64,000 bases of DNA from Verrucomicrobiaceae bacterium. Its GTDB lineage: Bacteria > Verrucomicrobiota > Verrucomicrobiia > Verrucomicrobiales > Akkermansiaceae. The stretch covers positions 512,001 to 576,000 of the forward strand of contig JBPOGH010000001.1 of the NCBI GenBank assembly GCA_051252135.1, written 5' to 3'. Within the stretch, counting starts at the first letter, position 1, and each line of letters opens with the position of its first letter. The notes beneath the pieces are model-generated. The model was not told the DNA's origin and did not search any database. It saw nothing but the letters and a program-made list of their open reading frames with translations. Shown one piece after another: positions 19,700 to 29,677 of this stretch. A program made the translations under genes and the position numbers.

Positions 19700-20609
19700 C
19701 CTCTTTCTCCTTCTTTGCCAGTGGGCCGGCGCACAGACCTGGCCCACCACCTTCACGCCCGGCCCCTCACATTCACAAATCCGGATTCTCGAGGAAAAAG
19801 ACAGCCTCCACCACTACCGCACCCGCTCCTATCGAATCGAAAGCGCCACCCCTCTCAGCGGAAACCCCTTAAAAGACTTCGCCCGCAGCATCGAATCCGT
19901 CTCGGCCGTTATTGATCTCATTCCCCTGCCCCTCTCCTCCCCTCCGGAACAGGAACTTCCGCTCATCAAAATCTGCGCCGACGAATCCTCCTTCGTCTTC
20001 GCCGGAGGCCCCAAAGGCGCTGCCGGATTCTACGATGGCCGCAAACAAAGAATCCTCATCCTCAGGGAGCAATTCTTCCGGACATCAGGCTCGCGACTCG
20101 GGAGCACCCAAAACTTCAACCTCCTCGTCCACGAGCTCGCCCACCTGCGGATGCATCACCTCCTCTCCCGCACCCAACCCTATTTCTTCGAGGGCGTTGC
20201 CGAATACCTTGCAGCCGCACACGGAAAGGCCGGCAACTTTCGCTTCACCCAAATGGAACAATCCATCCGGGATCACCTGAAGGAACGCACCCAATCCACC
20301 TTCATCCCTCTCACCAAAATTTCCAAACTCATCCGCATGAGCCCCGCTGATTGGCACCGCTCCGCCCGCAATGAAGAACCCGCCAAAACCCTCGAACTCT
20401 ACACCTCATCCCTCCTCCTCACCCACTACTACTTCCACGGCGGCCCGGAACGTCAGCAAGAGATCAAAGACTACCTCATGGCCGCCGCAAAAATTTCGCG
20501 CCGCCGTGACCCCCTGCCCGTTCTCATTCACGATAAAGACGCCGCCCTCATCGAACAGCGCCTCAAATCCTTCTGGGCCCCACGCGGCCTCAAGCTCGAC
20601 TTCCGCTAA
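19683..20609 (+). CDS. Secreted DUF1570-like putative zinc metallopeptidase
   Basis: Signal peptide; GAAGFY, HELAH, EGVAEY. Confidence 0.7.
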   Translation: MRTKISLFLLLCQWAGAQTWPTTFTPGPSHSQIRILEEKDSLHHYRTRSYRIESATPLSGNPLKDFARSIESVSAVIDLIPLPLSSPPEQELPLIKICADESSFVFAGGPKGAAGFYDGRKQRILILREQFFRTSGSRLGSTQNFNLLVHELAHLRMHHLLSRTQPYFFEGVAEYLAAAHGKAGNFRFTQMEQSIRDHLKERTQSTFIPLTKISKLIRMSPADWHRSARNEEPAKTLELYTSSLLLTHYYFHGGPERQQEIKDYLMAAAKISRRRDPLPVLIHDKDAALIEQRLKSFWAPRGLKLDFR

Positions 20610-21481
20610 CCCGCAATCTGGCGCGCTGCTTTGATCGTATTCTTCATCAACATCGCGATCGTCATCGGCCCCACTCCCCCGGGCACCGGAGTAATCGCCG
20701 CAGCTTTGTCGACCACCTCATCGTAAGCCACATCGCCACAAAGCCGGTAGCCGCTTTTGCGCGAATCATCCTTCACCCGGTTGATCCCCACATCGATCAC
20801 GACCGCCCCATCCTTGATATGCTCCGCCTTTAAAAACTCCGGAATTCCCACCGCAGCCACCACAATATCCGCTCGACGGCAAACCACTGCCAAATCCTTC
20901 GTCCGGGAGTGCGCCACCGTCACCGTGGCATCACTTCCCTTCGCCAATAAAAGAAGCGCCATCGGCTTCCCGACAATCATGCTCCGCCCGACAACCACCG
21001 CTTCCTTGCCGCTCGTCTCCACCCCCGCCGCCGCAAGCAAGCGCATGCACCCGGCTGGAGTGCATGGAACAAACCCCGACGAATCCTCCAGAGCGAGCTT
21101 CGCCACATTCTCAGGGTGAAACCCATCCACATCTTTCGCCGGATCAATCGCCCGCACAATTGCCTCCTCATCGATCTGGGGCGGAGGAGGAGACTGAACC
21201 AAAATCCCATGAATCGCGGCATCACCATTAAGTCGATTCACCACCGCAAGCACATCCTCCTGGGTCGCATCAATCGGAAGGACGATTTTCTCGGAATGCA
21301 ATCCCAACTCAGCGCACTTCTTCACCTTCGAGTTCACGTAAACCTTGGAGGCCGGATCCTCACCCACCAGCACCACCGCAAGCCCCGGCACAATGCCTCG
21401 GGATTTCAGGTTCGCAATTTCCTCGGCACACTCAGCCAGCACAGAGGCTGCCACTTCTTTTCCATCAATGATTGTCAGCAT
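20606..21481 (-). CDS. folD: Bifunctional methylenetetrahydrofolate dehydrogenase/cyclohydrolase
   Basis: [39 protein letters not shown]. Confidence 0.97.
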   Translation of the reverse strand: MLTIIDGKEVAASVLAECAEEIANLKSRGIVPGLAVVLVGEDPASKVYVNSKVKKCAELGLHSEKIVLPIDATQEDVLAVVNRLNGDAAIHGILVQSPPPPQIDEEAIVRAIDPAKDVDGFHPENVAKLALEDSSGFVPCTPAGCMRLLAAAGVETSGKEAVVVGRSMIVGKPMALLLLAKGSDATVTVAHSRTKDLAVVCRRADIVVAAVGIPEFLKAEHIKDGAVVIDVGINRVKDDSRKSGYRLCGDVAYDEVVDKAAAITPVPGGVGPMTIAMLMKNTIKAARQIAG

Positions 21482-22151
21482 GATCGTCAGGGAGATCGTC
21501 TACTCCATCTCGTAGGATTGATTCAAGCTCAACCCGCGCCGCATCAAAGCCCGCTTGGTCGAGTTTTCGAGACACTTCATAGGGCGTCCCCAAAGTAATT
21601 CTTAACCGTGAAAACGGCTTCGGCACAATGAAACGATCCCAGGTTTCCAACCGCCAAAAGTCATCCACAATGACCGATATTGGCAAAATCTTCAGTCCGG
21701 TCGTCTGCGCCAATTTGATCACTCCCGGCTGCATCGAATAACACGGCCCCCTCGGACCATCCGGAGTAACAATCAGATCCTTGCCCTCCTTCGCGGCCCT
21801 TTTTAGCGCAATCAATGCCGCCGCTCCCCGCCGACTGCTCGATCCCCTCACCGCACCAACTCCAAAGACCCCGACCGCGGCCTCAATCGCCGCCCCATCC
21901 TTGCTCGCACTGGAAAGCACTACGGAATTCCGGCACCGCTTGCGGAATCTCGTCGTCCAGGGAACCAGAAGGGCACAAATCCGGTTATGCCAAAATGCGT
22001 GAATGAATTGCGTGTCCTCATATTCCGGGCGCCATCCGCTAATCTCAATCCGCATCGTCCGCCCAAGGACCCAGATCAATCCCCCCGCCACCCGACCACC
22101 CCAGATCGTTTTCCAGGTCCCGCGAATATCATTCGGATTGCTCATGATCAC
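21465..22151 (-). CDS. Lysophospholipid acyltransferase superfamily (DUF374) protein
   Basis: [34 protein letters not shown]. Start is GTG 22151 (overlapping the upstream stop) or ATG 22145. Confidence 0.88.
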   Translation of the reverse strand: MIMSNPNDIRGTWKTIWGGRVAGGLIWVLGRTMRIEISGWRPEYEDTQFIHAFWHNRICALLVPWTTRFRKRCRNSVVLSSASKDGAAIEAAVGVFGVGAVRGSSSRRGAAALIALKRAAKEGKDLIVTPDGPRGPCYSMQPGVIKLAQTTGLKILPISVIVDDFWRLETWDRFIVPKPFSRLRITLGTPYEVSRKLDQAGFDAARVELESILRDGVDDLPDDHADNH

Positions 22152-23641
22152 ACCAGGAAACCCGCTCCAATCAACGTCTCAGCAAGATACTGCTGCTTTG
22201 AGAGTTGCTCCAAATAAAATTCGTGCCGTTCACCATCAGGGTCACAAAAACTCCCTTCATCAGCCACCACCGCATACGCCGCCATCTCACCAAAACTCAG
22301 ACTCTCGCCGGTTTGCTGGAAATAAGCCACCGCCGCATGAATCGCCGCACCCAACGCCGCACCCTCCTGATTCTTGATCGCGTAGCTGGGCACCCCGCAC
22401 ACATCCGCCACCAACTGACGCCAAAATTGACTCCCCACCCCCCGACCGGTCACGCAGACACTCTGGTAATTCATCTCCAGTTCCGCCATCCGGTGGAAGC
22501 CATAAGCCATCCCTACCGCGATTCCTTCCAATGTCGCCCGCGCCACATTGCCCTGCGTGAAATTGTTCATCGTCACACCGTGAAACATCCCCTCCCCGCC
22601 CTTATGCATCGTCCCGTAGCCCAATGGCAATGCCATCAGCCCTCCCGCACCCACCTTTGTCGCCGCGGCAGCCTCCTCCATTTGCTTTCCGTTCCAACCG
22701 TAATGCCCCTGAACCATTTCCAATGACGCCACCGCACGATCCTCCTCAAAATGACCCAGCCATTGGCTGGTAGCATCACACCAGGTCGACACCTCGTTCC
22801 GGGGATCAATCATGGGCTGGGACGACAGTCCCCACACCGCACCCGTTGCCCCCAAATCAACCACCGCCGATCCCCGATGCGAACTTCCACTTCCCAGTGC
22901 CGCCATCATCGCCCGGCCACTTCCCGTGCTCACCAAAATCTCCCGCTGAAACCCCCAGCTCTGCGCCACCTCGGGCCGCAAAGCCCCCATAACCGCTCCA
23001 TTCCCCCCCAAAGGCAGAAGCATTTCCCGAAGCCGGGGATCAATATAATCGCATATCGATGCATTCCACCTTCCGCTCTTCACCTCAAGAAGCCCGGAAC
23101 GCGAGGCGTCCCCCACCTCTCCCCGCTTCACCCCCGTGAGCCAGTAGTTCAAAAAATCATGCGGCTGCATCACCGTCTCTGTCTTCTGAAAAAGATAGGG
23201 CTCACGCTCCTTCAGCCAAAGAAGCCAGGTCGCCGGACAATCCACCTCCAGCGCATTCCCCGTTAGCTCACTCAGGCCCGGGGGCCCCCCAAATTCACGA
23301 TTCAGCAAATCCAGCTGCGTCCTGGCCGACGTATCACCCGCGATTTTTGCCGGGCGAATGATCTGGTTCTCATGGTCCAGAAGCACCAAACCCTTGGATT
23401 GCGCACCCACCGCCAGCGCCACCACATCATTTCTACGCGGCCCCAACTGCACCAGACAATCACGCACCGCTTGATCAAGCGCTTGAATCCAAACCGCAGG
23501 ATCCTGCTCCTGATGTCCCGCCGGAAGCCCCTCGACCAGCGAATGGGGCGCAGTCGACGACGCCGTAACCGAAGCCGATTCGAGATCGACGACTATGGCT
23601 CGTGTGGCATGGGCGCCTGACTCAATCCCGAGAAAATACAT
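22148..23641 (-). CDS. FGGY-family carbohydrate kinase homolog (XylB-like), probably catalytically inactive
   Basis: Family motifs EQDP..W, PHDFLNYWLTG, GDASRSG, RATLEG, WRQLVADV, EGAALGAA present; catalytic motifs altered (GIESGA, GSGRAMM). Start ATG 23641. Confidence 0.85.
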   Translation of the reverse strand: MYFLGIESGAHATRAIVVDLESASVTASSTAPHSLVEGLPAGHQEQDPAVWIQALDQAVRDCLVQLGPRRNDVVALAVGAQSKGLVLLDHENQIIRPAKIAGDTSARTQLDLLNREFGGPPGLSELTGNALEVDCPATWLLWLKEREPYLFQKTETVMQPHDFLNYWLTGVKRGEVGDASRSGLLEVKSGRWNASICDYIDPRLREMLLPLGGNGAVMGALRPEVAQSWGFQREILVSTGSGRAMMAALGSGSSHRGSAVVDLGATGAVWGLSSQPMIDPRNEVSTWCDATSQWLGHFEEDRAVASLEMVQGHYGWNGKQMEEAAAATKVGAGGLMALPLGYGTMHKGGEGMFHGVTMNNFTQGNVARATLEGIAVGMAYGFHRMAELEMNYQSVCVTGRGVGSQFWRQLVADVCGVPSYAIKNQEGAALGAAIHAAVAYFQQTGESLSFGEMAAYAVVADEGSFCDPDGERHEFYLEQLSKQQYLAETLIGAGFLV

Positions 23642-23775
23642 TGGGTAACTGTTCTTAGAATTCAAGCGGTCGAACACGACACTGACAAGCCGGATCGCTT
23701 AAACTTCCGTGCAATGTGTCGAAAAAGAACGCTGGAACTCGTCTCCTCCCGCTCTATCTTCCTCCTACAGACCAA

Positions 23776-24156
23776 ATGATAACCGTGACTCAAGAAGCAG
23801 CCCTCGAGCTGAAAGCCCTACTCATTGCCAAAGACGCCCCGGAAGCATCGGGATTGCGCCTCGGCGTGGAGCGCGGTGGTTGCGCCGGATTGGCCTACAC
23901 CATGCGCATCGGTGAGCCGGAACCCGGCGATGAGATCATTGAACTCGATGGCACCCGATTCATCGTTGCCGCCGATTCCCTCGAATTTCTTGAAGGATGC
24001 ACCGTAGACTTTACCGATGCCCTCTCCGACCGGGGATTCAAAATCTTCAACCCCAATGCCGCACGCGCCTGCGGCTGTGGCACCTCCTTTGAACCCACCG
24101 AAGAAGGTAAAAAACCCGCTTACGACCCCGCTCTTGACGGCACCAATTGCAAATAA
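23776..24156 (+). CDS. iscA: HesB/IscA family Fe-S cluster carrier
   Basis: GGCAG, NPNAARACGCGTSF; start set at MITVT. Confidence 0.9.
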   Translation: MITVTQEAALELKALLIAKDAPEASGLRLGVERGGCAGLAYTMRIGEPEPGDEIIELDGTRFIVAADSLEFLEGCTVDFTDALSDRGFKIFNPNAARACGCGTSFEPTEEGKKPAYDPALDGTNCK

Positions 24157-24159
24157 GGC

Positions 24160-24903
24160 ATGGCTAAGCAGGACATCGAGGATTTCGTAAAAAGCCGACC
24201 ACCCCTCTTCTGGTGGTTATTGGCCAACATCTTGGCTATCGCCTTTGCCATCACCGCTTGGGTCGTTTGCCTGAATCTGTTTCGCGATCCCACCCACCCC
24301 ACAAGCTATAAGCTCATGATGAAGGTGGGACGCATCCACCCACTCGAACAGTTTGACCCCACCACCGCACCCGCACCTCGCAAAAGCGCGGGAGCCCTGG
24401 AACTCGAAGAAGAGTATCGCCGCTTCGATGATGACGACCTCCGGCGCCTCAATCACGAGCTCAAAAGGGCTTACCTCGTCAACTACGTAAAATCCCGCAA
24501 GTTCCTCACCTACGTCCGTGGTGAATTCAGAATCATCTCATCACGCCCCCTCACTCCTGACGACTTCCTGCCCTCCGGAGTCGTTGTCAGGGCGCAGGCC
24601 ATGGTCAAACCGGACGATCTTGGCGAATCCCTTGCATATCCCGTCTTCATCGAGTGCCTCTTTCCCGCAATTGACTACCCTGCCGACCCATTCACCCCCG
24701 GTGATCTCCTCGTTCTGAAAAAAATCCCGGACTGCGCCGCTATTCTTAATGTGGGAAATCTTGAATTTGACGGCGATTCGGCACTCTACCTAACTCTCGT
24801 CCCCCTCTGCGCGGTGGACTACGTTCTCCCCTCGGGAGAAACCATCACGATCAGTCCTCCGGAAATGGCCAATGTCTCCGCTGCCTTGCCCGTAATGCGC
24901 TAG
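24160..24903 (+). CDS. Hypothetical membrane-anchored protein
   Basis: Starts 3 nt after iscA; one N-terminal TM helix; no family recognised. Confidence 0.75.
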   Translation: MAKQDIEDFVKSRPPLFWWLLANILAIAFAITAWVVCLNLFRDPTHPTSYKLMMKVGRIHPLEQFDPTTAPAPRKSAGALELEEEYRRFDDDDLRRLNHELKRAYLVNYVKSRKFLTYVRGEFRIISSRPLTPDDFLPSGVVVRAQAMVKPDDLGESLAYPVFIECLFPAIDYPADPFTPGDLLVLKKIPDCAAILNVGNLEFDGDSALYLTLVPLCAVDYVLPSGETITISPPEMANVSAALPVMR

Positions 24904-24914
24904 TCTGAGTGTCC

Positions 24915-26516
24915 ATGAGTTGGGATTCCACAGAACGCGAATACCGCAGAACCGTCTGGCTGCGCCGCGTGAGACGCGTTTGGGATTTTGCTTGGCGCAG
25001 CTTCCTCACCCTCCTCATCCCGGCGATCCTCATCGCCGGATGGTACGCCTACCAGGCCAGCCAATTCGACATTTCCCAAGTCGCTGAAATGCCCGCTCGA
25101 ACCGTTCTTCTGGATCGGGAAGGACGCGAGTGCGGCACCATCCACGGCACCAACCGGCGGCTCGTCGAGGGAGAACATCTCTCCAGCTTCCTCAAAAACG
25201 CCCTCTTCGCCCGCGAGGATTCACGCTTCCGCGAGCACAACGGCGTTGATCCCATCGGAGTGGCACGCGCCATCTTCCGAAACGTCAAAGACCTCGAATT
25301 CACCCAAGGTGCTTCAACTCTCTCCATGCAGTTGGCCCGTAACACCTACGACCTCCGCGAAAAACGATCACTCAGTAGAAAATTTCTGGAGGTCGCTCTG
25401 ACCTACCGAATCGAATCCCATTACACCAAAGACGAAATTCTAATTCACTACCTCAACCGGATTTACTTCGGGGCCGGGTGCCACGGGCTTGAAGAAGCCT
25501 CACTCACTTATTTCGGCGTCAGCGCCCACAAGCTCACCCAGGGCCAGGCCGCCCTCCTCGTCGGCATCATCCGTGCCCCCCACGCCTTTAGCCCCTTCCG
25601 CGACATGGAGGCCGCTCTTGCCCAACGCGATGAAGTCCTCGACCGCATGGCCATCCTCGGTCACATCGATCAGCTGCATGCCGATCGCATCAAGACAGAA
25701 CCCCTTCGCTTCCGGGATCCCGATGCCGGCTTCCCCTCCTCTGGTCACGCCGAGCGCGCTCTTCGCCGCCCCCTCGAAATCGTCCTCGATGACTCCCAAA
25801 TCAAGGACGGAGGCCTCACCGTATTCACCTCCATTGATCGGGAACTACAGGCCTCCCTCGAAGCCACCCTCACTTCCTTAACCCTCCCCGGTGATTGCCA
25901 ATGTGCGGGAATCGCACTCGATCCAAGAAACGGTGACATCCTCGCCATCGTCGGTTGCCGGGAAAAACAACCCAGCGGATTCAATCGCGCCCTCGACATG
26001 CACCGTGACCTGGGCGATCGCCTCATCGAGCCCCTCGTCGCCGCAGCCGCCCTTGAGCGGGGCCACCTCCCCGTTCCGGGAAGACCCGTTTCCACCGGCC
26101 GTCAATTGGGCGAAAAAGAAACCATCCGCCTTCTCAAACGTTTCGGCTTCGAGGGCGTCTTTGGAAAAGGAGACGACCTCTACCGGGGCACCATGACCGT
26201 TTCCCCCCTCGAGCTGGCCACCGCTTACGCCACCCTCTTGCAGGGCGGTCAGCGCCCCGCCCCCTGCTTTGTGAGATCGGTTAAAAAAGGAGACACCCAA
26301 CTCTTCAACCGACCTCCCGCCTTCTTCCCCGCTTTCTCCGGCAATGCCATCCCCGAAAGCCTCCCTTCAAAAATCTCGGGTTACTCACTCTCAAAATGCG
26401 ACTACTGGAGCGCCTCTCTCGCCCACAACCGCATCATCGTGACCTGGATCGGATACGATCGCCCCAAGCGACTTCAAATTACCGACGATATTTTGGCCAC
26501 CCTCCCCCTCCGTTAA
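24915..26516 (+). CDS. Class A PBP-like: intact transglycosylase, degenerate transpeptidase domain
   Basis: EDSRFREHNG, QGASTLSMQL, RKFLE, YLNRIYFG present; SxxK site reads RDLGDRLIEP. Confidence 0.85.
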   Translation: MSWDSTEREYRRTVWLRRVRRVWDFAWRSFLTLLIPAILIAGWYAYQASQFDISQVAEMPARTVLLDREGRECGTIHGTNRRLVEGEHLSSFLKNALFAREDSRFREHNGVDPIGVARAIFRNVKDLEFTQGASTLSMQLARNTYDLREKRSLSRKFLEVALTYRIESHYTKDEILIHYLNRIYFGAGCHGLEEASLTYFGVSAHKLTQGQAALLVGIIRAPHAFSPFRDMEAALAQRDEVLDRMAILGHIDQLHADRIKTEPLRFRDPDAGFPSSGHAERALRRPLEIVLDDSQIKDGGLTVFTSIDRELQASLEATLTSLTLPGDCQCAGIALDPRNGDILAIVGCREKQPSGFNRALDMHRDLGDRLIEPLVAAAALERGHLPVPGRPVSTGRQLGEKETIRLLKRFGFEGVFGKGDDLYRGTMTVSPLELATAYATLLQGGQRPAPCFVRSVKKGDTQLFNRPPAFFPAFSGNAIPESLPSKISGYSLSKCDYWSASLAHNRIIVTWIGYDRPKRLQITDDILATLPLR

Positions 26517-27757
26517 TCCTGCTTTTCGGAAATTGCCTCGCTGGTCAGGAGAATCAAATCAAGCGCATAGCGCGTCCGGGAATCCTCCACCACCGTCAAC
26601 AGGTTCCGGGCACCGGCCACCACCTGCTCCAATTCGCCCACATCACTCGCACCGGCATTCTGCCATTTTGCAAAACGTGCCAGAGTGACCGCCGTTTGAA
26701 AGGCCGCTGAAGTCGCCCTAACCGGAACAGGAGACCCCATCACCGGCAGATAGGAATTTTTCTCCTCTCCGTTCACACCCATCACCTCCAAATCAATCGC
26801 CCCCGTTCGCCCCTCGTTCCCCGTAAGCTCCACCTCATAAAGCAGCGCCGTAGCCTCACTGGAAGCCAGAGTTTGCATATCGGCAAGGTCGCCCCGCACA
26901 CTCTTCGAAACAACCAATCCCACAGATTCCACCTGCTCCCCTTCCATCAACAAACGGGCCTTCATCCTTGGGGAAATCCCATCATCCAGGAGATCCTGAA
27001 TCACCACAAAAATTAACGCACGCCCCGGATTCCACGGACACTCTCCCAATTCAACCGAAGCACCCACGCCATTCACCCGGACCATCGCCTCTGTCCCGTA
27101 ATTCCCCGCATTAACCCATTCCTCCACACGCGTCGAAGGGATCTCCCCCTTCCTCAAAGTCCGCTCAAAGGATGCCAAATCCGCATGCTTCACCGACAAT
27201 GGAATCTGGAGTGACACCAAATCCTGAACTTCTACCCGCTCATCGGACACCGGAGCCGGAACTCCCGACTCAGAAATCCCTCCCTCCTCCAAAACCACCT
27301 CATTCGTATCAGAAGAACCGGCCACGCTTGACTCCACACCCGCTACCTCCGTCTTACCGGATTCACCCCGCCCTTCTTCCTGGCCAATCACCGCCGGCGA
27401 GGATGAAACCGGAGTTTTTGCCAGCAGGTAAACTCCCAGAGTAATCACCGCTGCCACTCCCGCAATCGCCCCAAGCGTCTGAAACCGGACCCGCCTGCGA
27501 TTCTCCAGCAGGATCACTTCGGCATCAGGCTGCCTGCCCGCCTGAAAAATAGCCTCCCGTCGATCTGCCCCCAATCCTAACCCTCTTTCACCGCCCAGTG
27601 TCTCACGCAAAAGCGAAACCATCCCTTCAATCTCCTGCTCCGCTTCCGCAAGCGCCGCCTCATTGCTGATCGTCCTTCTTACGCACTCCGAATCCTCTTC
27701 GGAAAGCTCGCCGAGCACATAGGCAGTCAGACGGGGGTCATCTGGAGTTATCTTCAT
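26513..27757 (-). CDS. Putative anti-sigma factor with remnant YfbK-type (vWF_A/DUF3520) periplasmic segments
   Basis: DPRLTAYVLGELS N-terminus, one TM helix, RVEEWVN, CPWNP, ALLYEV; lies directly downstream of the ECF sigma. Confidence 0.72.
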   Translation of the reverse strand: MKITPDDPRLTAYVLGELSEEDSECVRRTISNEAALAEAEQEIEGMVSLLRETLGGERGLGLGADRREAIFQAGRQPDAEVILLENRRRVRFQTLGAIAGVAAVITLGVYLLAKTPVSSSPAVIGQEEGRGESGKTEVAGVESSVAGSSDTNEVVLEEGGISESGVPAPVSDERVEVQDLVSLQIPLSVKHADLASFERTLRKGEIPSTRVEEWVNAGNYGTEAMVRVNGVGASVELGECPWNPGRALIFVVIQDLLDDGISPRMKARLLMEGEQVESVGLVVSKSVRGDLADMQTLASSEATALLYEVELTGNEGRTGAIDLEVMGVNGEEKNSYLPVMGSPVPVRATSAAFQTAVTLARFAKWQNAGASDVGELEQVVAGARNLLTVVEDSRTRYALDLILLTSEAISEKQD

Positions 27758-27765
27758 CTCTCTGT

Positions 27766-28320
27766 TTAAACGGTTTGGGGTGAAATATCTTGGAGCAGAT
27801 CTTCAGGAAGATGCTCTCTGAGCTTCTTGAGTCCGGTATGAATTAGAAAACCAACATTCCCTTCCTTCAGCCCGGTCACCTCGCTGATCTCCCGGTAACT
27901 CAGACCTTGTTCGAACTTAAGCAGCACAACCTCCCTTTGATTCCCGGATAGCCGCTCAAGTGCCTCGCGGACCTCATTCACCCGTTCATCCAGATCCATC
28001 CGCTCCGATGGCGTCCGGCGCGACGCTGGGATTCGCGACAGTTTTTGCTCCTCCAGCGCCACCATTCGCTTCTCCTTGCGTAAAATATCCAATGCCCGAT
28101 TCCGGCAGACCGTAAAAAGCCAGGTCTTGAGACCATGCCGAACCTTTTCAGCATCCTGTTGGTAGAGCCGAATAAAGGTATCCTGCACCACATCACGGGC
28201 CCGCTCCACATCATGAAGAAAAGTCATCGCATACCCGATTAGCGGCATCTCATATTCTCTGAGTGCCGTTCTCACCAGTTCCTCGCGGGATGCGAATATT
28301 TCCTGATCCCCTTTCTCCAT
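27766..28320 (-). CDS. ECF sigma-70 family RNA polymerase sigma factor
   Basis: DVVQDTF, WLFTVCRNRALD, region 4 LSYREISEV. Start set at MEKGD. Confidence 0.93.
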   Translation of the reverse strand: MEKGDQEIFASREELVRTALREYEMPLIGYAMTFLHDVERARDVVQDTFIRLYQQDAEKVRHGLKTWLFTVCRNRALDILRKEKRMVALEEQKLSRIPASRRTPSERMDLDERVNEVREALERLSGNQREVVLLKFEQGLSYREISEVTGLKEGNVGFLIHTGLKKLREHLPEDLLQDISPQTV

Positions 28321-28512
28321 ATTCCTTCTTCTAAGTTTAAAACGCCCAACCAACGACTTCTCTTAGGCCATTTTGAGCAAATCGCCCCTCAAAGTTGTTC
28401 ACATTTCGATTCTAGTCTCCCGAAATAAAAAAAGCGAACCCCTCCAGATCCCTATAACTTGGGGTACTTTTGAGAATTTCCGAAATTTAATTAACAAATA
28501 TTAAAAATAAAG

Positions 28513-28542
28513 TTGACCATCCTTTGAAGATTACCGTAAGGT
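28513..28542 (+). promoter_or_regulatory. Putative sigma70 promoter of the LysM gene
   Basis: TTGACC-18-TAAGGT preceded by an AT-rich UP-like tract, 9 nt before ATG 28552. Confidence 0.55.
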
Positions 28543-28551
28543 CTCCCCGTC

Positions 28552-29442
28552 ATGAAGCCCCTCACCCTGACCTCCGCTCTCATCGCCGCTCTCGTGCTTG
28601 CCGCACCCGGCGAAACAAGCACTCAACTCCGTTCCCGGATCGCTCAGAAGGAAATCGAGCTTTCCAAAATCCAGAACGAGTTGGCTGATCTTAAAAACCA
28701 GTTGGCCTCTCCTTCGAGCGCCGCGGTCCAATACACTGTTCAGTCCGGCGATACCCTCAGCTCGATTGCCCGCCGCCACGGCATCACCTTTTCAAAATTG
28801 GTGGCTTGGAATAAAATCACCGACCCCTCCAAGATCATCATCGGTCAAAAATTGATCGTGAGCGATTCTCCCGTGGCTACTCCAGCCTCCAAACCGTCCC
28901 CATCAGCCTCCGGTGACACCTACACCGTAAAGCGCGGCGACACCTTCTACAGTATCGCCCAGGCCAACAAAATCTCCGTAGGCAAGCTCAAGGAACTCAA
29001 TCCTGACACTTCCCCTTCCCGTATTCTGGAAGGACAGAAGCTCGCAGTTGCCGGTTCCCCCCGCCCATCGACCAAAAAAGCCCCTGTTTCCACTCCGGTG
29101 GCCGCAACAAGGAGCAAAAAACAATCTTCGACAGCTGCACTCACCCGCAGAACAGCCTCCACGAAACCCGTGTCAACCCCATCGTCTTCACGTAAGGCGG
29201 TCGCAGCGGCACCACCGGTGAAAAAGGAGGCTTCGCCGGCCCCGGCTCCTCCCAAAGTGGAGGAGCCGATGCCGGAAGCTCCTTCGGCAGTTTCCTCAAT
29301 CATCCTGACTGACGAAACTACCTTTGCGGAATTCGCGCAAAAGCATGGCACCAGCACCGATAAGCTCAATTCGCTAAACGGCTGGAGTCTCCCTAAAGCC
29401 ACCGTCCTCGCACGTGGCTCGGAGATTTACGTTCCCAGGTAA
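28552..29442 (+). CDS. Secreted LysM peptidoglycan-binding protein (two clear LysM plus one degenerate)
   Basis: YTVQSGDTLSSIA, YTVKRGDTFYSIA, C-terminal FAQKHGTSTDKLNSLN. Confidence 0.9.
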   Translation: MKPLTLTSALIAALVLAAPGETSTQLRSRIAQKEIELSKIQNELADLKNQLASPSSAAVQYTVQSGDTLSSIARRHGITFSKLVAWNKITDPSKIIIGQKLIVSDSPVATPASKPSPSASGDTYTVKRGDTFYSIAQANKISVGKLKELNPDTSPSRILEGQKLAVAGSPRPSTKKAPVSTPVAATRSKKQSSTAALTRRTASTKPVSTPSSSRKAVAAAPPVKKEASPAPAPPKVEEPMPEAPSAVSSIILTDETTFAEFAQKHGTSTDKLNSLNGWSLPKATVLARGSEIYVPR

Positions 29443-29468
29443 TTTCCTTTTCCAAGGCAAGGCAGGGC

Positions 29469-29511
29469 GACACCCGGTGGTTCCATAGTGGATCACCGGG
29501 TGTCACTTTTT
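29469..29511 (+). terminator. Intrinsic terminator after the LysM gene
   Basis: GACACCCGGTG...CACCGGGTGTC stem followed by a T-run. Confidence 0.8.
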
Positions 29512-29677
29512 AAGGGATCACGATAAATTACCCGCTGGGGCTCCATCAACGCGCCACCTCTGCACTCAATCCGTGACTTCCCCCATCAACTCGACATCAC
29601 GGGCCATAGCAACCAAGCCCGCTCGTGATCTTCAGGATAGCCCCGCCCCCCACAGACCGGTAAGATCCGACCTCCCG

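Noticed and set aside
28321..28551. AT-rich stretch suggesting foreign DNA or an origin
   Set aside because: Short and explained by divergent promoters of the ECF sigma and LysM genes; no DnaA-box cluster seen.
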